A stretch of 64,000 nt of DNA, from the NCBI RefSeq assembly GCF_964204645.1, contig NC_134035.1:2914001-2978000 (forward strand), in the 5' to 3' direction. The position numbers and the translations under genes were made by a program. Within the stretch, counting starts at the first letter, position 1. Every line of letters begins with the position of its first letter. Positions 63,080 through 64,000 of the stretch are shown one piece after another. The stretch comes from Tubulanus polymorphus. Lineage: Eukaryota; Animalia; Nemertea. The notes under the pieces are model-generated. The model was not told the DNA's origin, did not search any database, and saw nothing but the letters and a program-made list of their open reading frames with translations.

Positions 63080-63725
63080 ATTTTCTATTTCGACTTGACT
63101 TGCACATCAGGTGTCCTAGCTCAGTCAGTTTTAGTGGTATATACCTGATAGAAGTCTTATTAGGACCAGAAAGGACTGGCAGTTGACGAAAAACATTGTT
63201 TTCTGATCCATTCTACACTGTATTTAAGGATTGCAAAAAAGTCTTCATTGAAAACAGTTAAAATAAAGAAAAGTGGCTCTATGATTCTAACATTCTAACA
63301 AAAGTGGCTCTATGATTCCAACATTAAATTCTAACAATTTATTTCCATGCCTACATAGCAAACTTCAGTTGCTAAGGCTTTTTTGTAATCATTTGATACA
63401 GTGTGCAATGGATTAAAAAACGACTGCCCCTCAGTAAGTTTAGGTAGTATATACCTGATATTAAAGAAACGGGTCAAAAGGGTAAGCACAGATGGGCAGC
63501 TGATCTAAAAGCATCGGTTCCATTTAAACTGCATTGAGGGATACCCTAAATCTTCTTTAACTCAAATGATCTTCAATACAACGTAAAATGGATTAAATAT
63601 CAAAGTTTAAGGTTGGCCGCCTATCTGTGCCATCTCATTTGAGACCTTTATAACAGGTTACGTACTACCAAAACTGACTGAGCTAGGCCACCTGATGTGC
63701 GGCCAAATCTAGTTGAAATAGAAAT
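63080..63725. mobile_element. MITE-like element with ~70-bp imperfect inverted arms
   Basis: GCACATCAGGTGTCCTAGCTCAGTCAGTTTT (63102-) vs AAAACTGACTGAGCTAGGCCACCTGATGTGC (63670-). Confidence 0.6.
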
Positions 63726-64000
63726 TAATCGAAAAACAATATTCTTTACCAACACTAATGGATACAAAAATCTTGTAAAACCAGGGCCAACTAAAATCGG
63801 GGAAGCAATTTCATCACATAAATTTGACACCAAAATCTATTTCATGGCTCAGTATTTTATGAGAATAGATAATTCTAGAATATAATAATATTTTGCCTAT
63901 TATTTGTTGATTTGTATCAACATCATCCGCAGCTAATAGTGATCTAAGGTCTCAGTGAGTTGTATTGTATTCAAACAACTGTAAGACATGCCGTTACATT

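Overview
AT-rich, repeat-dense eukaryotic DNA that looks like an invertebrate animal genome; the organism cannot be determined and nothing looks prokaryotic. The left half (1-37.5 kb) is almost all repeats: a 3-4 kb tandem macro-repeat, a composite 29-bp/72-bp minisatellite locus, 28-bp and ~40-bp satellites, and TIR/foldback elements. The right half holds a gene the ORF track misses. Reading minus-strand splice signals by hand gives 39 coding exons from ATG 60611 to TAG 38646, with an uninterrupted 2100-nt CDS (699 aa). Of these, 33 exons are <=51 nt and the first 35 introns are all phase 0. The predicted protein is apparently nuclear and mostly disordered (starts MAPKRK, several basic motifs, LRRSPRL), with a possible KH-like core. 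The gene appears to have grown by tandem duplication of microexon cassettes. Scrambled, inverted copies of its 3' exons lie within a TIR-bounded 3.2-kb element (31.1-34.3 kb). Introns and flanks carry MITEs, a SINE-like element and two minimal hammerhead-ribozyme motifs. All gene structure is inferred from sequence alone, without transcript evidence.
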